A DNA stretch of 64,000 nt from Sphaerodactylus townsendi (lineage: Eukaryota). The notes below the pieces were generated by a model. It saw only the letters and a list, made by a program, of their open reading frames with translations. It ran no database searches and was not told where the DNA came from. The first letter of the stretch is position 1. Each line of letters starts with the position of its first letter. Below, in pieces: positions 1 through 13,477 of the stretch. Both the position numbers and the translations under genes were made by a program. The stretch covers positions 93,620,001 to 93,684,000 of the forward strand of contig NC_059433.1 in the NCBI RefSeq assembly GCF_021028975.2, written 5' to 3'.

Positions 1-1851
1 AAAATCAAGGCAATTCATAGCTAAAGATTTTTTAAGTCATATAGTTTAGTTTGCATTATTATTTTCTGAGAACAAAGCCAGCAAAGTGCAACATCTTAAC
101 CTAATATTGAAAATGGTATTTTAATTGACAATATAATTAAGGACTGCATTTTGTTATTACTTGCAGCTCCCTGAGCCCTAGGTTTTTTTAAAAAAATTAC
201 CTCCAATGCCCCTCCTCTGTCCCTCTAGTTTTCTTCCCATCTCATCAATTCTTTACTTCCATAATTACTGACTTGGCCTTTGGGCTGTCTATTCAATTTA
301 ATTAGTAGACATCAGTTACTCAAAAATATCACAACAGTCTATTGGAGGGCATGAAATTTACCAAGTTTTCATCTTCTCTTTCTCAAGAAACCATTCCCTT
401 CTAGCCATAATCTTGCTATACCCTACCGATGGCATCATATGCAGAATTACACCCTTCTAAGCACACTGCCTTCAATGGACATAGAAGGATGCAACTGTAC
501 TCATGATGGCAATATAAATTATCCAAGGACATCATAATTGGTTGACAGCTAAAGATAAAAAAAAAATAATACAAGTACTATGCAAGGTAAATTATGGGCA
601 CTTCAATCTATTCAAAAGAACCAGCCTAAGGAAAATATCTTTTTAAAAGTATCTATCCATTGAGTTATCTCCTTGAGTTCCAAAGCAATGACATTTTCTT
701 TAGTTTAGCCCCTTCCCATTGTAAGATTACTTGCTTTGCTAGGGGAAAAAAAAAGATATTGCTGCATTTCTCTGTGTTTGAAATAACTACCTGTCACAGT
801 TTTACCCATCAACACACCTTACTCTCAGGATTGATCTTCAGGTGTCATGAATGACTTTTTCCAGAAGATGCTTTCCAGAGTACGTAAAATGGTCCCCTGG
901 CTTACAGTTTTCTTAATGACTCCTGGGGTATTTTTTACACCAATATGTTAAATGTATTTGGGTCAGAAAAGCTACGGAAACTTAATGGCAAAATGCATTG
1001 GTTTGGTTTATAGAAAGCCAACTGCAAATGGTAACTAGCTGTATTTTGGGGACATTTATTGTTATCATACAGGTGACAAAGTCAGAAGATGAAAAGGTTC
1101 TAGAGCCAATCTTCTCTGCATTCTTCCCCAAAAAGTAAAGGCAGGGTAGGAAATATACTCCAAGTGTATTACCAATGTTTTAATAAATTAAACTCCAAAC
1201 TTCAAGACCAAAGGACATTCTTAGCAGTTTGTGTGAAATTTCCAAAAATCTAACAATGTGAATTGTTTAAAAGGTCCTTTTCATACATCAAGGGTCCTTC
1301 ATTTCCTAGACAGCAAGCTATATCTTATATATCTCACTCTCAAGTGTATTTGATTTCCACTGCAGAATGGAGCCGCTTAAATTAAATTACATATTTATCA
1401 GTGACTTCTAGGAAGTTAAAAAAAAAACTCACTCCCATATCTGATACATGTATTATCAGAAATTAGCATACAATTACAACATTAAAAACATGAACTGATG
1501 ATAAAATCACAACAAATTATCATGCATTTAAAACATGAAACATATCAAATGAAGATACAATCAGAGAGAAAAGCCCAGTTGATTGGTAATCTAAATCTAT
1601 TAACTTACTCTTTAAAGAATTAAAAGCCCATTCTCAAAGTTTTCAAAAATCAACAAGAACCACATTCCCTTCCATTTAACTTGGCACATATATATCACTT
1701 CTTTACCAAAACTAAGTGGACGTGTTATTGCCATTCAGGAAGAATTACTTCTTGCAATTAAATTACACTCATTTTTAAAATATATGGGCTTCCTTGAATA
1801 GTTGTAGATTTGCATTAATTCATGAGCTATGGTTCTTTTCAGCCTGTCTAG

Positions 1852-1966
1852 GGCAGATTCCGCATGGGCCAAGAACAACGTGAAAATGGTGTAAACCTTT
1901 TTACACCCTTTTAAACCATTTTACACCATTTTCACACCAATGTTTTTGGCCCATGGGTAATCCGTC
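1852..1966. mobile_element. Palindromic PIF/Harbinger-type MITE (~115 bp)
   Basis: Imperfect TIRs GGCAGATTCCGCATGGGCCAA / TTGGCCCATGGGTAATCCGTC; flanks TAG/TAA (3-bp TSD-like); same family as 23661-23800. Confidence 0.7.
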
Positions 1967-2178
1967 TAAGGGATTTATATTGCATGATCCCACCAAAGTC
2001 TCTTACAAGGTGTAACAGAGCTACCTGGAATAGTTGTAAGCTAGTTCAACTCAAATTTTATACTACATAAGTAACAATAGGATCCAATCTCAGGACGTAT
2101 AGCAAAAACTGATTATTTGGTCACCTGAGACAGGAATGAGCTTAGACAGGAGTAACTATGATTATGATTGCATTTTTA

Positions 2179-2339
2179 NNNNNNNNNNNNNNNNNNNNNN
2201 NNNNNNNNNNNNNNNNNNNNNNNNNNNNNNNNNNNNNNNNNNNNNNNNNNNNNNNNNNNNNNNNNNNNNNNNNNNNNNNNNNNNNNNNNNNNNNNNNNNN
2301 NNNNNNNNNNNNNNNNNNNNNNNNNNNNNNNNNNNNNNN
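2179..2339. other. Assembly gap (N run)
   Basis: Run of Ns. Confidence 1.
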
Positions 2340-2755
2340 TTCTTTCTCTCCTGCAAGGAATCTCAAAGCAGCTGACAAATTCCTCCTCTTCCTTTCTCCA
2401 CAACAGGCACATTGTGAGGAAAGTGGGGCTGAGAGCAGTGGTGGGATTCAAATTATTTAACAACCGGTTCCGGTGGTGGGATTCAAATAATTTAACAACC
2501 GGTTGATTACAAGCATCATTTTAACAACTGGTTCTGCTGAAGTGGTGCAAACCTGCTGAATCCCACCACTGGCTGAGAGAGTTCTGAAGGAACTGTGACT
2601 AGCCCAAGGTCACCCAGTAGGCTTCATGTGCAGGAGCAGAGAAACAAATCCAGCTCACCCAGATAAGAGTCCACCATTCCTGTGTAGGAGTGGGAAATCA
2701 AACCCAGTTCTTCAGATTAGAGTCCAGTGCTCTTAACCACTATATCACGCTGGCC
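2340..2755 (-). mobile_element. tRNA-derived SINE (Squam3-like), interrupted by a hAT MITE
   Basis: Reverse complement begins GGCCAGCGTGATATAGTGGTTAAGAGC (box A) with GGTTTGATTTCCC (box B-like); body matches copies at 16715 and 8925. Confidence 0.75.
2436..2571. mobile_element. hAT-family MITE
   Basis: TIRs CAGTGGTGGGATTC / GAATCCCACCACTG; perfect 8-bp TSD GCTGAGAG (2428-2435, 2572-2579); internal ~33-bp duplication of the left end. Confidence 0.9.
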
Positions 2756-3610
2756 TGTCACATAGAAGAAGTAATAATATCATCCCTGTTGCTGCTACCC
2801 ACATTCCACAGTGAACAAGAAACTAAACTAGCAAATTGGGGCTTCAAGAATTTCTGCAATTCCTTTTAGAATAGGTATTCTCTGCAAACAGAGAGCAGAA
2901 TAAGCTTCTGAAGTTAATTTGAAGCATTGAACTTGACAAATAGAAGCATGCCATTTAGTCAGATGTAGTGGAATGCTTTTAACATTCTTTTCAATGCCTT
3001 GTCATAAAATGCAATGCCTGTTTCTCAAAATAATTGTAATAAAGACATTATTTGTCTGTGGCATAGATTAAAAGAAACACGTCAAGCCACAGTTGCCATG
3101 CAATTATGTTTATAAAAGAAGGCGGGTTTAGAGGTGGTTTACTTGCTTTTTTGGTTAATGAAACTTTGATCAAGTATCTTCTCTATTAGTTACTCACAAT
3201 TTGGATTTAGATATCTTGAGAGCAATCTTGAGCAGGATGATGCTATTCAAGTGCATTCAGTAGGTCTTACTCCCAGGAAAGTGTTTTAAGGATGGTACTG
3301 GTAATTTTTTTAAAAGAAAGGAATCTACGGTAGTTTTAAAAATAAATTTGATTGTATTTTATTTACTAAATTTTAAAAAATGATCTAATCCCCCCCCCCC
3401 AAAAAAATTCTCTGATAACTGTGGCCCCTCCTGGCTTTTCTGGCCTTATCCTCTAGTCTCTTGTCCCATTTACACAAATTGTCCATAACAGGACTTGGCT
3501 CCCCCATAACAGATCTAATCAGAAAGTACAAATCAGGATAATGATCACTAAATTAGTTGCTTAAAATAGTTATACTATCTTATCTCCTTGGTGGCAAACA
3601 AGAAGGAGGC

Positions 3611-3790
3611 ATAGTGTAGCCCGATCCTTATCAGATCTTGGAAACTAAGTGGGGTTGCTACTTAGATGGGAGATCACTAAGGAAGAATCTTCAGAAGAAG
3701 GCAGTGACAAGATACTGGTACTTCTGTTTTCACTTACCTTGACAGCCCCTAGCTGGGTTCATCTGTAACGCAACAGCACAAATGTATGTA
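3611..3790 (+). mobile_element. 5S rRNA-headed SINE (SINE3 / 5S-Sauria-like)
   Basis: GCCCGATCCTTATCAGATCTTGGAAACTAAG...TACTTAGATGGGAGATC resembles the 5S rRNA internal control region (GCCCGATCTCGTCTGATCTCGGAAGCTAAG...TACTTGGATGGGAGACC), followed by an unrelated body and simple-repeat tail. Confidence 0.7.
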
Positions 3791-3841
3791 TGTATCTCTT
3801 CAGTGTCAACGAAACTCCCACATCCACCACCACGTTACCAA

Positions 3842-4209
3842 GGCCGTTCTGCACAGGCCAAAAAGAGCATCCCAAGAACTGTAAAAACACCCATTCCAGG
3901 GGCACTGTTCGCATGGCTGCTGCCTCTGCATTGAGGCAGCGCCATGCTTTTTCTCCAAAACTGACAGGAAAATGCTGTTATTCTGCTTTTGGGAAACAGC
4001 GTTTCCCAGCTGGCGCTGCTTTCAGGTTCCTCTTGCTTTCCCCACACTTACCTTCTCTCTCTGTGGAGCTCCGCAGGGAGAGGGGCTAAGTATGGGGAAA
4101 CAAAATGGAGGTGGGCCGCAGCCGCTCTTGGGCCACTTGCACCTCAGTGTGCAAACGGCCCCGGGGCCACACTGGCATCATATATGCAGGGGCCCATGCA
4201 GAATGGGCC
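3842..4209. mobile_element. PIF/Harbinger-type MITE
   Basis: TIRs GGCCGTTCTGCACAGGCC / GGCCCATGCAGAATGGGCC; 3-bp TSD CAA on both sides. Confidence 0.75.
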
Positions 4210-6110
4210 CAAGTTTTGTTTTGTCCTAGAATATGGACTGGAAAGATAACCAGAATTGAGCTATCAATTAAGCAGTGCAGAGATAAATTCTACAAAAAAA
4301 TGTTGTTTTAAGAAAAACACCACAGCAAATCTTTTGGCAATATTTTCCTGAGTCTTCTAGGGGATGTACAAACTATTCTGCAGCAGTCAGCAAACTTCAA
4401 GTAACTCAGAAGCTGCCTGTAGAAGACTTGTGACCCTTATGCATCCCAAAATAATGTATCTTATATTTTATTTATTTAAAACATTTATAGGCCACCTTTA
4501 CAAATAGGATCCCAAGGGTGGTGAATATTGAATATGAATAAGATAAATACTTCATGTTTTATCACATAATATAAAAATAGGTCCTTTGCAGACTTGTAAT
4601 CAACACAAATGTTGGAATAATTATTGATAATAATAATGGATTGTTGTTGATGTTAATTAAGTCAGGAGACTGCCATCCTTGAGTTTAAAACATCAGAGAT
4701 AAGTACTAGATCGGCTTAGCATGGCTTTTTGGCTCTTTCTGTTTTATCAGAAATTCTAAAACATGGAAATCCAAGAACCAAACAAACCTGCCAACTGATG
4801 ACAAGTGCAAATTATTTCTAACCTTTATGCTGATAACCTAGACAGGAAAGGCAGCGGAAGAAATTTGCTTGACCCATTTTAATATTTGATGAGGAAGTGC
4901 TATGCTTAAAAATATCATAACTTTGGGGATTGTATAACTGATATTATTTGAAATGTTCAAAGGGAAGCTTCTAAAGCTGAGCATAATAAGCTTTGGATAA
5001 TACTGGAAGATCATTAATTTGTGCTCAACTAACTTTGAGTTACAATTTTAAAAAATCTTTTGAAAGGATATAGGATAGGCACACAAATCAGTTCATTTAT
5101 TGTCAATTTCACTTTCTAGTTATACTATAGTTAATCCTTTCGAATACGACCGAACAATGTATTTTAAAATGGAAGAAGTTTGAGCAGGATATTTTCAAAT
5201 TAATTCCAATTTTGGCAGCTAGTCCCACTGAAAAAGAATTTAAAAAATAAAGTTACAATCCAGATTTCTTTGAACCATGTGGGGAAATACTTATATATTG
5301 GATACAAAATATTGTTAGTAGTAGGCACAGCACACTTAGCACAGTTCTAACAATGCAATATAAGCTGTAGTATAGTGGCTTGATGAAGTCACTATCGATA
5401 GGAATATGAGGAGACGCTTCTGGCTCATGTCACAAGTTTTGTCTGCTTTTCTTTTTTTTGATCGGGCATCTGTTGACTGTTACAGCAGCACTGGAGAACC
5501 TTGGCCAGCCATGCTGGACCTGAGAGAGGGAGAACAGTGGTTATGGCTGTTCCCCCGTTGTGTAGCCATTCTGTTCTCTGGGTTGCTGAAACTGGTAACC
5601 AGAGGCGTAGATGCAATGGGGACATCCAGGATGGCTCGACCCGGGCGCCACCATTGCAGTCACATGGGGGGGCTGGGGCCACGACAGGGGTGGGCAGGGG
5701 TTTGAGGGGGCAGGGAGGGTGCACGCAGGCAGTTCACACTCCAGGCACAGTTCCCCCTTCCTTCGTCACTGCTGATAACTAAAAGCAGCTCATTTTTGTG
5801 AGATCAGCCAGCTATCCAGGCTGGGCCTCCTCTTTAGGCTTTGACTCAGGTTAGCCCTGGTGGAAGAACTATGTTGCATTTGATGATGTTTCTTAGCATA
5901 ATGCTAATTCACTAACAAGAATATGCCCTTCCATAAGGAGAAGGTACTCAAATGTACCTTTATATCCAATCCACATGCTATAATCGATTGAGAGTATTTT
6001 CACAATTATCTTGGTCAGTTATCCATGTCCCTTCTCCAAAAAACTGCAATCAAATTTATTTTCTGGGATATTCAGAATACATGCCTTTTGATTTTATCCT
6101 CAAAATAGTA

Positions 6111-6958
6111 ATTTCTGCACAGCAGAAATAAAATGTCCTGCAGATATTTTAAAAAGATCAGATTTAGCTTTTTTTAGTTCGCACACAGCCTGCCAAAAAC
6201 AACCAGCCAAAAGAGTTGCCAGCCAAAATGGATCTTTTTTCCCACTTGCCACATGGAGCTCCAGTTGCACCTACCATTTTGTTCTGCTGCAGAGATTCTC
6301 AGTGCCTTCGCCATTTGGTGAAGGTTTTCTGTGGAGGTTTTCTCTGCTTACAGCATATCTGTGTGCAATTTCCTTGTACAAAGTAGATGAATAAAGTTTG
6401 TTTTTCCAAGCAATCCTGTGAACATATTATTTTTACTTTTTTGTTTTCAGAGGGATGTCTGTGAAGTTACGACAACACAAATATGTGCATATTGTAGCTT
6501 CTCTAATTATGTCACCGAAGCTTCCAGACATCCTCCTCAAAACAAAACGGGAAAAGCATGCGCACGGGATGACTAGGCTAAACAAACTTTATTCATCTAC
6601 TTTTTATATGGAAATGGCACACGGATCAGCAGCAAGCAGAGGAAACCTCCATGGGGAACTTTCAAAGAATCTCTGCTGCAGCACACAAAATGATGGGCAT
6701 AAGCAGCAAAAATGAAAGTAAGAGGTTTAAAAAGGAGAAATGAAGTGTTTCCTGCCTGCTTTTGTTTGCTCAGCAGATAGGAAACGTCTTCAACATTGGA
6801 TGGGGGGCGGGGGGAGATAGCTAGTTTAGCGATTTTTGAAAAACCTGGGGTGAGAGAAAACATTTTAAAGACGTTTTAGGAAGAGAACCATGTGAACTTC
6901 TTTCCCAAAATGCTTTTTAAAACATCCCCAAAACATTTTATTTCTGCTGCGTGGAAAT
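6111..6958. mobile_element. Long fold-back MITE (Harbinger-like termini)
   Basis: Terminal IR ATTTCTGCACAGCAGAAATAAAATGT / ACATTTTATTTCTGCTGCGTGGAAAT; internal IR 6323-6402 versus 6580-6663 (AGTAGATGAATAAAGTTTGTTT / AAACAAACTTTTATTCATCTACT). Confidence 0.7.
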
Positions 6959-8829
6959 CCCCAACACCTCTGTGAGGTGTTAGCCAAAAATTATTGAGCA
7001 GCCAAAATTAATTTGTAAACAGGAATTTGAACCTCAGTCTTCATTAAGTTCATCACTCTGACCAGGGTATAAAAACTAGCAGGACAGAAGTTTGGTATCT
7101 GTATTGCTGGGCAGGATCAATATGCAGTTTATTTTTATATACTGTTTGAGTTGAGTTTGGATAGATGTACGGAGAGGCAGAGGGAACATTTGTCTGAGAA
7201 GCCATGGTAGCCTTTGGCTCTAATTCTAAACACTATATCATTGCTATGTGTTAACATGTTGGGCTGACACATGTTGACCATCAATAAATATGGCTTTTAT
7301 AGCCAGTTTTAGCTATGTAATTAGTGAATCGCATTTAAAATAGGCTAATCCTTTTCAATTTATATCACATAAATAAGTTTTTTGCTGTTTTGACCTAGGA
7401 TCCTCAACCCAATTTATTAGAAGTACCATAAGTCTGGTCGGATTTTAATTGGCAAGCCAAGGAATGATCAAGCTAAGCTATGCTTAGGCTCTTCTGGGTG
7501 AATAATGTCAAAGGAAGAATTTACTTGGTGTTGTTCTGGACTGGTAGTTTCTAGATAAGTCCTAGTCTCCAAAAGAAACAGGAACATTCATGTGCAAAGT
7601 AGTTACAGCCTCATTAGAAAGAAAAGTGTATTTCTGAGGACCCTATTTGCATTTTATAACTTGCATACTATAATTTCAGTAGAGCAATTTTTTTGTAACT
7701 CATCACTACTTAAACATAATTTTGGAGACAGGAAAAAAAATGCTGGAAGGGAGCTGTGAGAGTTTCCTGTACTAGTGCAGAAAACATGAGCTTTGATATG
7801 TGTTTTATATTAAGAAACAGCTTCATTCCACCACCCAACTTCTAAGTGTACATGCTTAACATTAAGATGTTAGCTGATGTGTGAAGAAAGCTACTGCCTT
7901 TTTTAAAATATCTGAACTACCTCAGCGACTATTAGACAGTCTACTATCTCCAGTGAGGAAACATATATCAGTCTTCATTATGCACACCAAGCAGACTCAA
8001 CTATTTGCAAAAGCAACTATCAAGCAAAATGCCAGAAGGAGAAAAACTAGAAGCAGATTTATTTTGCTTAGTGAGGATGTTGTGCATTTGTTTTTGATGG
8101 AAAGAGGTATAATTTTAAAGAGGGAAAGGCAGTGGAGCAAAGAGTTAGGTTGAAATCATGTTGTCACTTTCCTAAGAGTAGTCCGTAGTGAGCATAGAGC
8201 ATAGTGAAATGCTGGTGAGTAAGCTTACAAAGGATCTGGTTGCATGTTCATAAAAATTATATGAACTTCTATACAGTAAATAGTGAATGACTCCTGCCAT
8301 CTACCAAGTACAGCACAGCAGGAACTCAATACAAAGGTTTACAAAACAAGGTTTCTTTCTTTTTTTCACCATTTGCAAATGAACAAGTCTCTTCCTCCTG
8401 AAAAGTTAGGCATGCTTTTTTCTTCCTGGTTCAGTCAAAATTCACAGTGCCTCCTGACATTTAATCCATTCAAGACAGAAATTTCAGTGGAAAGACCAAA
8501 CAGTTGTGAGGACCATTCTAGAAGATGCTGTACCACTCCAGTTGTAGAAAGGACTAAAGTTCTCCTCAAAGAATAGAAATATTACTGGACCTCGCTTTAC
8601 TTTTTCATACTGGCTACTTTGCTTAATCTAGTAGACAGAGTATGGAATTTTACAGGGATTTTAGTGAAGGTATGAATAGCCATAGTACAACTGGCCAGTT
8701 CACTGATTAGAATTGTTGGGTATAATATAGAAGTGTAAGATATTGTCTATCAGACTGAAGAAGGAACATGAAAAAATGGATGTCTGGGAAAAAAGCTGTA
8801 AAAGAAAATGACAAATGGATGTATGGCAA

Positions 8830-9043
8830 GTGCCGTAAAGTCGCAGGCAACTTATGACAACCCCATAGGTTTTTTAAACCAGTAGGGTTTTGGGAGGTGG
8901 TTTACCATTGCTGACCTCCACATGAGAGAACTGTGACTAGCCCAAAGTCACTCAGCAGACTTTGTGTGGAGGAATCGAGCATTAAATCTGGTTCTCCAGA
9001 TTGGAATCCCACTACTCTTAACCACTACACCACACTGGCTCTC
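8830..9043 (-). mobile_element. Composite SINE: Squam3-like tRNA head (8925-9043) joined to the 3' body of the 5S-type SINE family (8830-8920)
   Basis: Reverse complement starts GAGAGCCAGTGTGGTGTAGTGGTTAAGAG; 8830-8920 matches the bodies at 30657 and 20195. Confidence 0.6.
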
Positions 9044-9948
9044 AAAACACAAATACAGAATTAATATTCAAAAGAACAAGGGACTTTATTAATTAAACAA
9101 AGGGGGATTAATCAAGAAGAAACATTTTGCAGATATTGTCCCTGTACTAGCTTCACTAGGAGTAATAGTTTGTATGCAAGAGGATATTTTGAAAGACCCC
9201 AACAAAACCTTATTGGAAAACACTGAGAATTCATCAATCCCAAGACCAGTGTATACACTACTTCACCATTGTCAAACTTATCAGCATAATAAGTGAATTG
9301 GACTCCTCTCTGCATGAATGTAAGTATGAGTGAATAGGGATTGATGTTGAAGGATGTTGAAGATGATCATGGTTGCTTAGAGCAAAATCATTTACAAGCT
9401 TGTGTATTGATTTAAGCTCAATAAAAGTTACATTCAAGCATTCCTAACTGCAACTCTTGCATCCATCCTTCTTCTTAAGATTCTATGTAAAAGGAAACTG
9501 AGAATTTCTTAAGAAACCTTTAACAGCAGTTGCCATCCCCACAAGCCAAGTGGCTACTAGAATTTCCTTGATGAGGTATGCAGAAATCATATTGCTAAAT
9601 AAATAGTGCTAAGTAAATAGTGCCTGACAGAAGGGCATGCTCAAGAACATCTATAGAATGTCGTGCTGCTGGTGAGTATGCTTTAAACTTGGGGCTACCT
9701 GAACCACGGACTTCACTCCATCAGGATTTGCTTATCAGGGCTCAGTGCCAAGTTCTTTCAAACTGTTGTTGCCAGACTGACATATGGTCAGTGGTTTTTT
9801 TTGGGGGGGGGGTGTCTGTTTTAAGACAGTAATGCCTCTACCCATTCTGCCAACCGCTGAAATGCCTAGCAGTGTCAAAATGGGGAGCCCATTGTCTACA
9901 TTGGCTCAGTATAGCCACAAGGACACTCAGTAAGTAAAAACTTGTCTG

Positions 9949-10378
9949 CAGAGGCTTATCAGGGTGAAATGGTGCCCAGAGACAACTCCTTCTCCAGGTG
10001 CCCCCCCCCCCCGCACCCAGCACTCGGGGCAGAGCTTGGGAGTATGACCCCGACCCCAGCCTTTGTGCCAGCTGGCATTTGAAAGCCAGAGCTTTTGAAA
10101 GCACAGAGGCCTGTGACAGGGCTTGGGGTACGGGCCCACCTCCACTCCCCCTGGCTGCACGTTGGCTTTTGAAAGCTGGAGCTTTTGAAAGCCGGCTTTT
10201 AAAAGCACTTAGGCCCTGCCCTGAGCCCCACCCCCGGCCTTTATGCTTTCAAAAACTCCAACTTTCAAAAACCAGCCTGCAGGGAGGCAGGGGGTGGGGC
10301 TTGGTAGTATGTGGCTGTGGTACACGCTGTTTGGTCATGTGGGGGTGCCTGGCATGTCCCCAGGGCAGTACACCCCTG
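9949..10378. mobile_element. hAT non-autonomous element
   Basis: Termini CAGAGGCTTA... / ...TACACCCCTG; perfect 8-bp TSD CTTGTCTG (9941-9948, 10379-10386); internal GCTTTTGAAAGC repeats. Confidence 0.8.
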
Positions 10379-10610
10379 CTTGTCTGGACTGACTGCCTCT
10401 AAATCAGCATTGCATAATGCCTTTCTGACACTGTTCCTGAAGGAATTAACACAATACCCCTGGCCTGGAGAGCGTTTCCATCTCCAGCCCTGGATCATAC
10501 ACCCTGTGAAGACAAACGAGTTCCTGCCCACAATAATACAAGTGTTGTATTAACCCAATGCTTCTGCCTCTGCCTAATCTTTCTAATGACCACCTCATTG
10601 GCACTGGCAT

Positions 10611-11158
10611 TGTTATGTAGCTGGAATTCCATTATCTACCTCCCCCTCTTAAGGCACTCCCAAGCTTGCACAATCAAGCTAATGTCTCAACCCATTGCAT
10701 AAATGACCCAACTATTAAGGTTTATGTCTGTCTCTTGCCTTCCCTGGAAAGGCAGAACTCCCTTTGACCTGGGAAATTAAGGGTCACTCTGCATAATCCT
10801 GAGGGTCCCTTCTTCCCTATAAGAAGCTCCCTGACTCAGTAGCCCTCAGACCATTCCACTGCAGTAGCCCTCAGACCATTCCCCAATTCCCTCATCTGTT
10901 TCAGACTTATCCCCCTTACAACTGTTTATATCCTAGGACAGTGTGCGTGTTCTGCTGCTTTGATTATTGTGTTCTTGTGTACCCATTATTCCTAAATAAA
11001 ACTGTTAAACTTTATTTGCTCTTTTGTGGAATCTGTTGCAAAAGCTGATTTTGGTATACATAGGAAACAAAGACTCCCAATCTTTTGCTAAGCCAAGAGT
11101 TTGCTATCACTGATTCCTCCACTCTAAAAGGAAGAGACTCTCACTATTTTGGGTAACA
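10611..11158 (+). mobile_element. Probable solo LTR
   Basis: TGTTA...TAACA termini, TATA-like CTATAAG (~10817), AATAAA (~10996), internal 21-bp duplication CAGTAGCCCTCAGACCATTCC; no clear TSD. Confidence 0.45.
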
Positions 11159-11254
11159 CTCTTGATTAAAGGCAGTGAAAGCAGCAATAGTGCTGTACAG
11201 AAAAAAATAAAGTAGAAGTCCAGAACAAAGTATTGCACCAATTAAATGTATTTT

Positions 11255-11990
11255 GATTGAATAATTCATTGATAGGCTGTCCATGTAATCTGCTTAGGGC
11301 AGATTACAACAAATACAGAAATTAAAAAAATCAGTGCTTGGCATGCCATCCCAAAGACACTAAAACTGACTAATTGAGGGGGATGGGGAAAATGAAGGAA
11401 AGAAAGAAGTGTAAGAGAAGGGAAAAGACAAGGAAAGGAACAGGGCAAAGGACAAGGAGGTTAGCTGTGTTGGAAGTATAGTTGCTGCCCTCAACCACAG
11501 CCCTGGCAGAACAGCTCTACGAAATTGCAACAAGTCCTGCAGGTCTCTGGGCTCATTCAAGAAAGCATTCTACCAGGCCAGGGCCGGAGCTGAAAAAGCT
11601 TTAGCCCTTGTCAAGAACAGCTAGATACTTTTTGGCCCAAGACCCTCAAGCAAGTTGCTGTCCATAGAGCGAAGTGAATCTATTAGTCATAGACTAAGCC
11701 TGGACTGGCAGGGGAGGTCCAGGACATCAGATTAAAAGAGACCCTGTGCACAGTTGACTTCCTGTTCTAGACTCTCCTAGCTTAGAAGATTTCCTGTTCT
11801 CTGCTATGCAAGGGATTTGGGAGACATGAAATAGGTTGGGAAACAACCAGAGCATCTTGAAAGAAGAAAACTTGTACCAACTGGATAGAGAAGATACCAT
11901 ACAGCCCATAGTAGGCCCTGATGTGGTGGTAGTAACTGCAAGAAATGTTCTTCCTAACCATTGAGACAGCAGAACTGTATCCAGCAAAAT
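11255..11990 (-). mobile_element. Degraded L2-clade LINE 3' fragment
   Basis: Minus-strand peptide ...EPRDLQDLLQFRRAV...LW resembles the L2 ORF2 C-terminal helices; similar to 61010-61830. Confidence 0.55.
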
Positions 11991-13477
11991 TGTTTAGGGT
12001 TGTTTGGGGGTCTGTTTTACACCTAGATTCAAAACTCTGGATAAAAATTTGATTGGTTGCTATGTTTTAGTTCAATTATTTGCTGATAAAATCTCGTGTA
12101 TTCCGACTGTACCATTCCAACATAGCATACCAATGTGGAGTGTTCTTCTTGTGTCAGTCAAAACGCCAATAATTTGTTACATTCTGTTTTCCTGTGTTGC
12201 CCATTCTTGTAGAATCATAGCCTATAAGATCAGAGGAGACCCCTAAGGCCACATGTTCTAACCTTCTGTGTAACACTAGCCTTTGAAATTGGTCAAACTC
12301 TTATTGCAGAAAGTCTGCTCCATGGTATCTGTCTAAAAGATGGTTTTTGAAAGTACAACCGGCCTTTAATATATATCTTTCTATTCCATTAGGCTTAGCA
12401 GGAACTGGGGGGAGGGGGTGTTTTCTTCACTTGTATACTATGTCATGAAATGAATTCTAACTTTGATCTGTTCTTTTGAGCAAAACAGGAGGGGAAGTAT
12501 TAATCCTTTATTCTTCCAGTAGTGTTTGTATCATCCCTTGAAGCAAGGCCAAAGCTGTCATTGAAATCCATAGGCATTTTGCCAATAAAAGGACTAAAGA
12601 CCAGCTCTGGTCTTCACTGAAGTTCATAGAACGCTTCCCACTGACATCAATGGGATTTTTAGAAAGCCCAAAGAAGATATCATAAGATCTAACATCCAAC
12701 ATTTTCTCTGGTCTTCTATCAAAGACCCAGATGTGCTTTTTTGGTGTTTCTTTGCACCACCGTATCAGATTTAAATCTTTAATATTTAGGATTTATCAGT
12801 ATTCCATAGCAATTGTACCGTGTGTGTGTGTGTGTCTAACATGCAGTTATATATAAATCTCATTACAAATGGGGTAATCCAAGCAGAGAAGTTTAAAGGC
12901 TGCTATGTTGCCAAGCACCAGTACTCTAAATAAGGGCAATTCCAGGACGTTGCCGCAAATTGTGTTCCCTGGAAAAAAACAAAAAAATTTAAACCTGAAA
13001 AATGGTATAGGGCAAACAACTCCACAGCAGCATTCCTGTACCTGTTGGGAAAATTGCTTCAGTATATTTGTCCCCTTTCTATCATGTTTGACTCCACAAA
13101 TTGTTATAACCATTTTTCTTGAACATGAGTGGGCCAACTTCCACCATTAAGTCTTTGATTCCTTCCAAAGTTGTATGGATGAGATAATTTCATCAGGTGT
13201 AGTTTATAATCTCACTGAGGGCTGCAGAAGTTTGAAAACTGCACCTGCTGACATATACTTACCTACACAGCTATGAAAAGTTCAGAAAAATGTTTGCCTG
13301 TTCCTTTTTTAACAGATATTGTTCATTTCACCCTGTACAGGTGGCTAATAACTGAAAAAAACAGTTGTAGATGTCTGCTAGACCTGTTAGTACTGCTTGG
13401 GATATGACTATTTGAAGAAGACAGAAAATGAGGAGGAGGAGGGGAAGGAGCCACCAAATTGCACTATGGGACATTCC

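Noticed and set aside
2136-2506. ORFs spanning the first N gap
   Set aside because: Artefacts of translating Ns
3611-3690. 5S rRNA gene
   Set aside because: Partial, diverged and fused to a SINE body; dispersed copies
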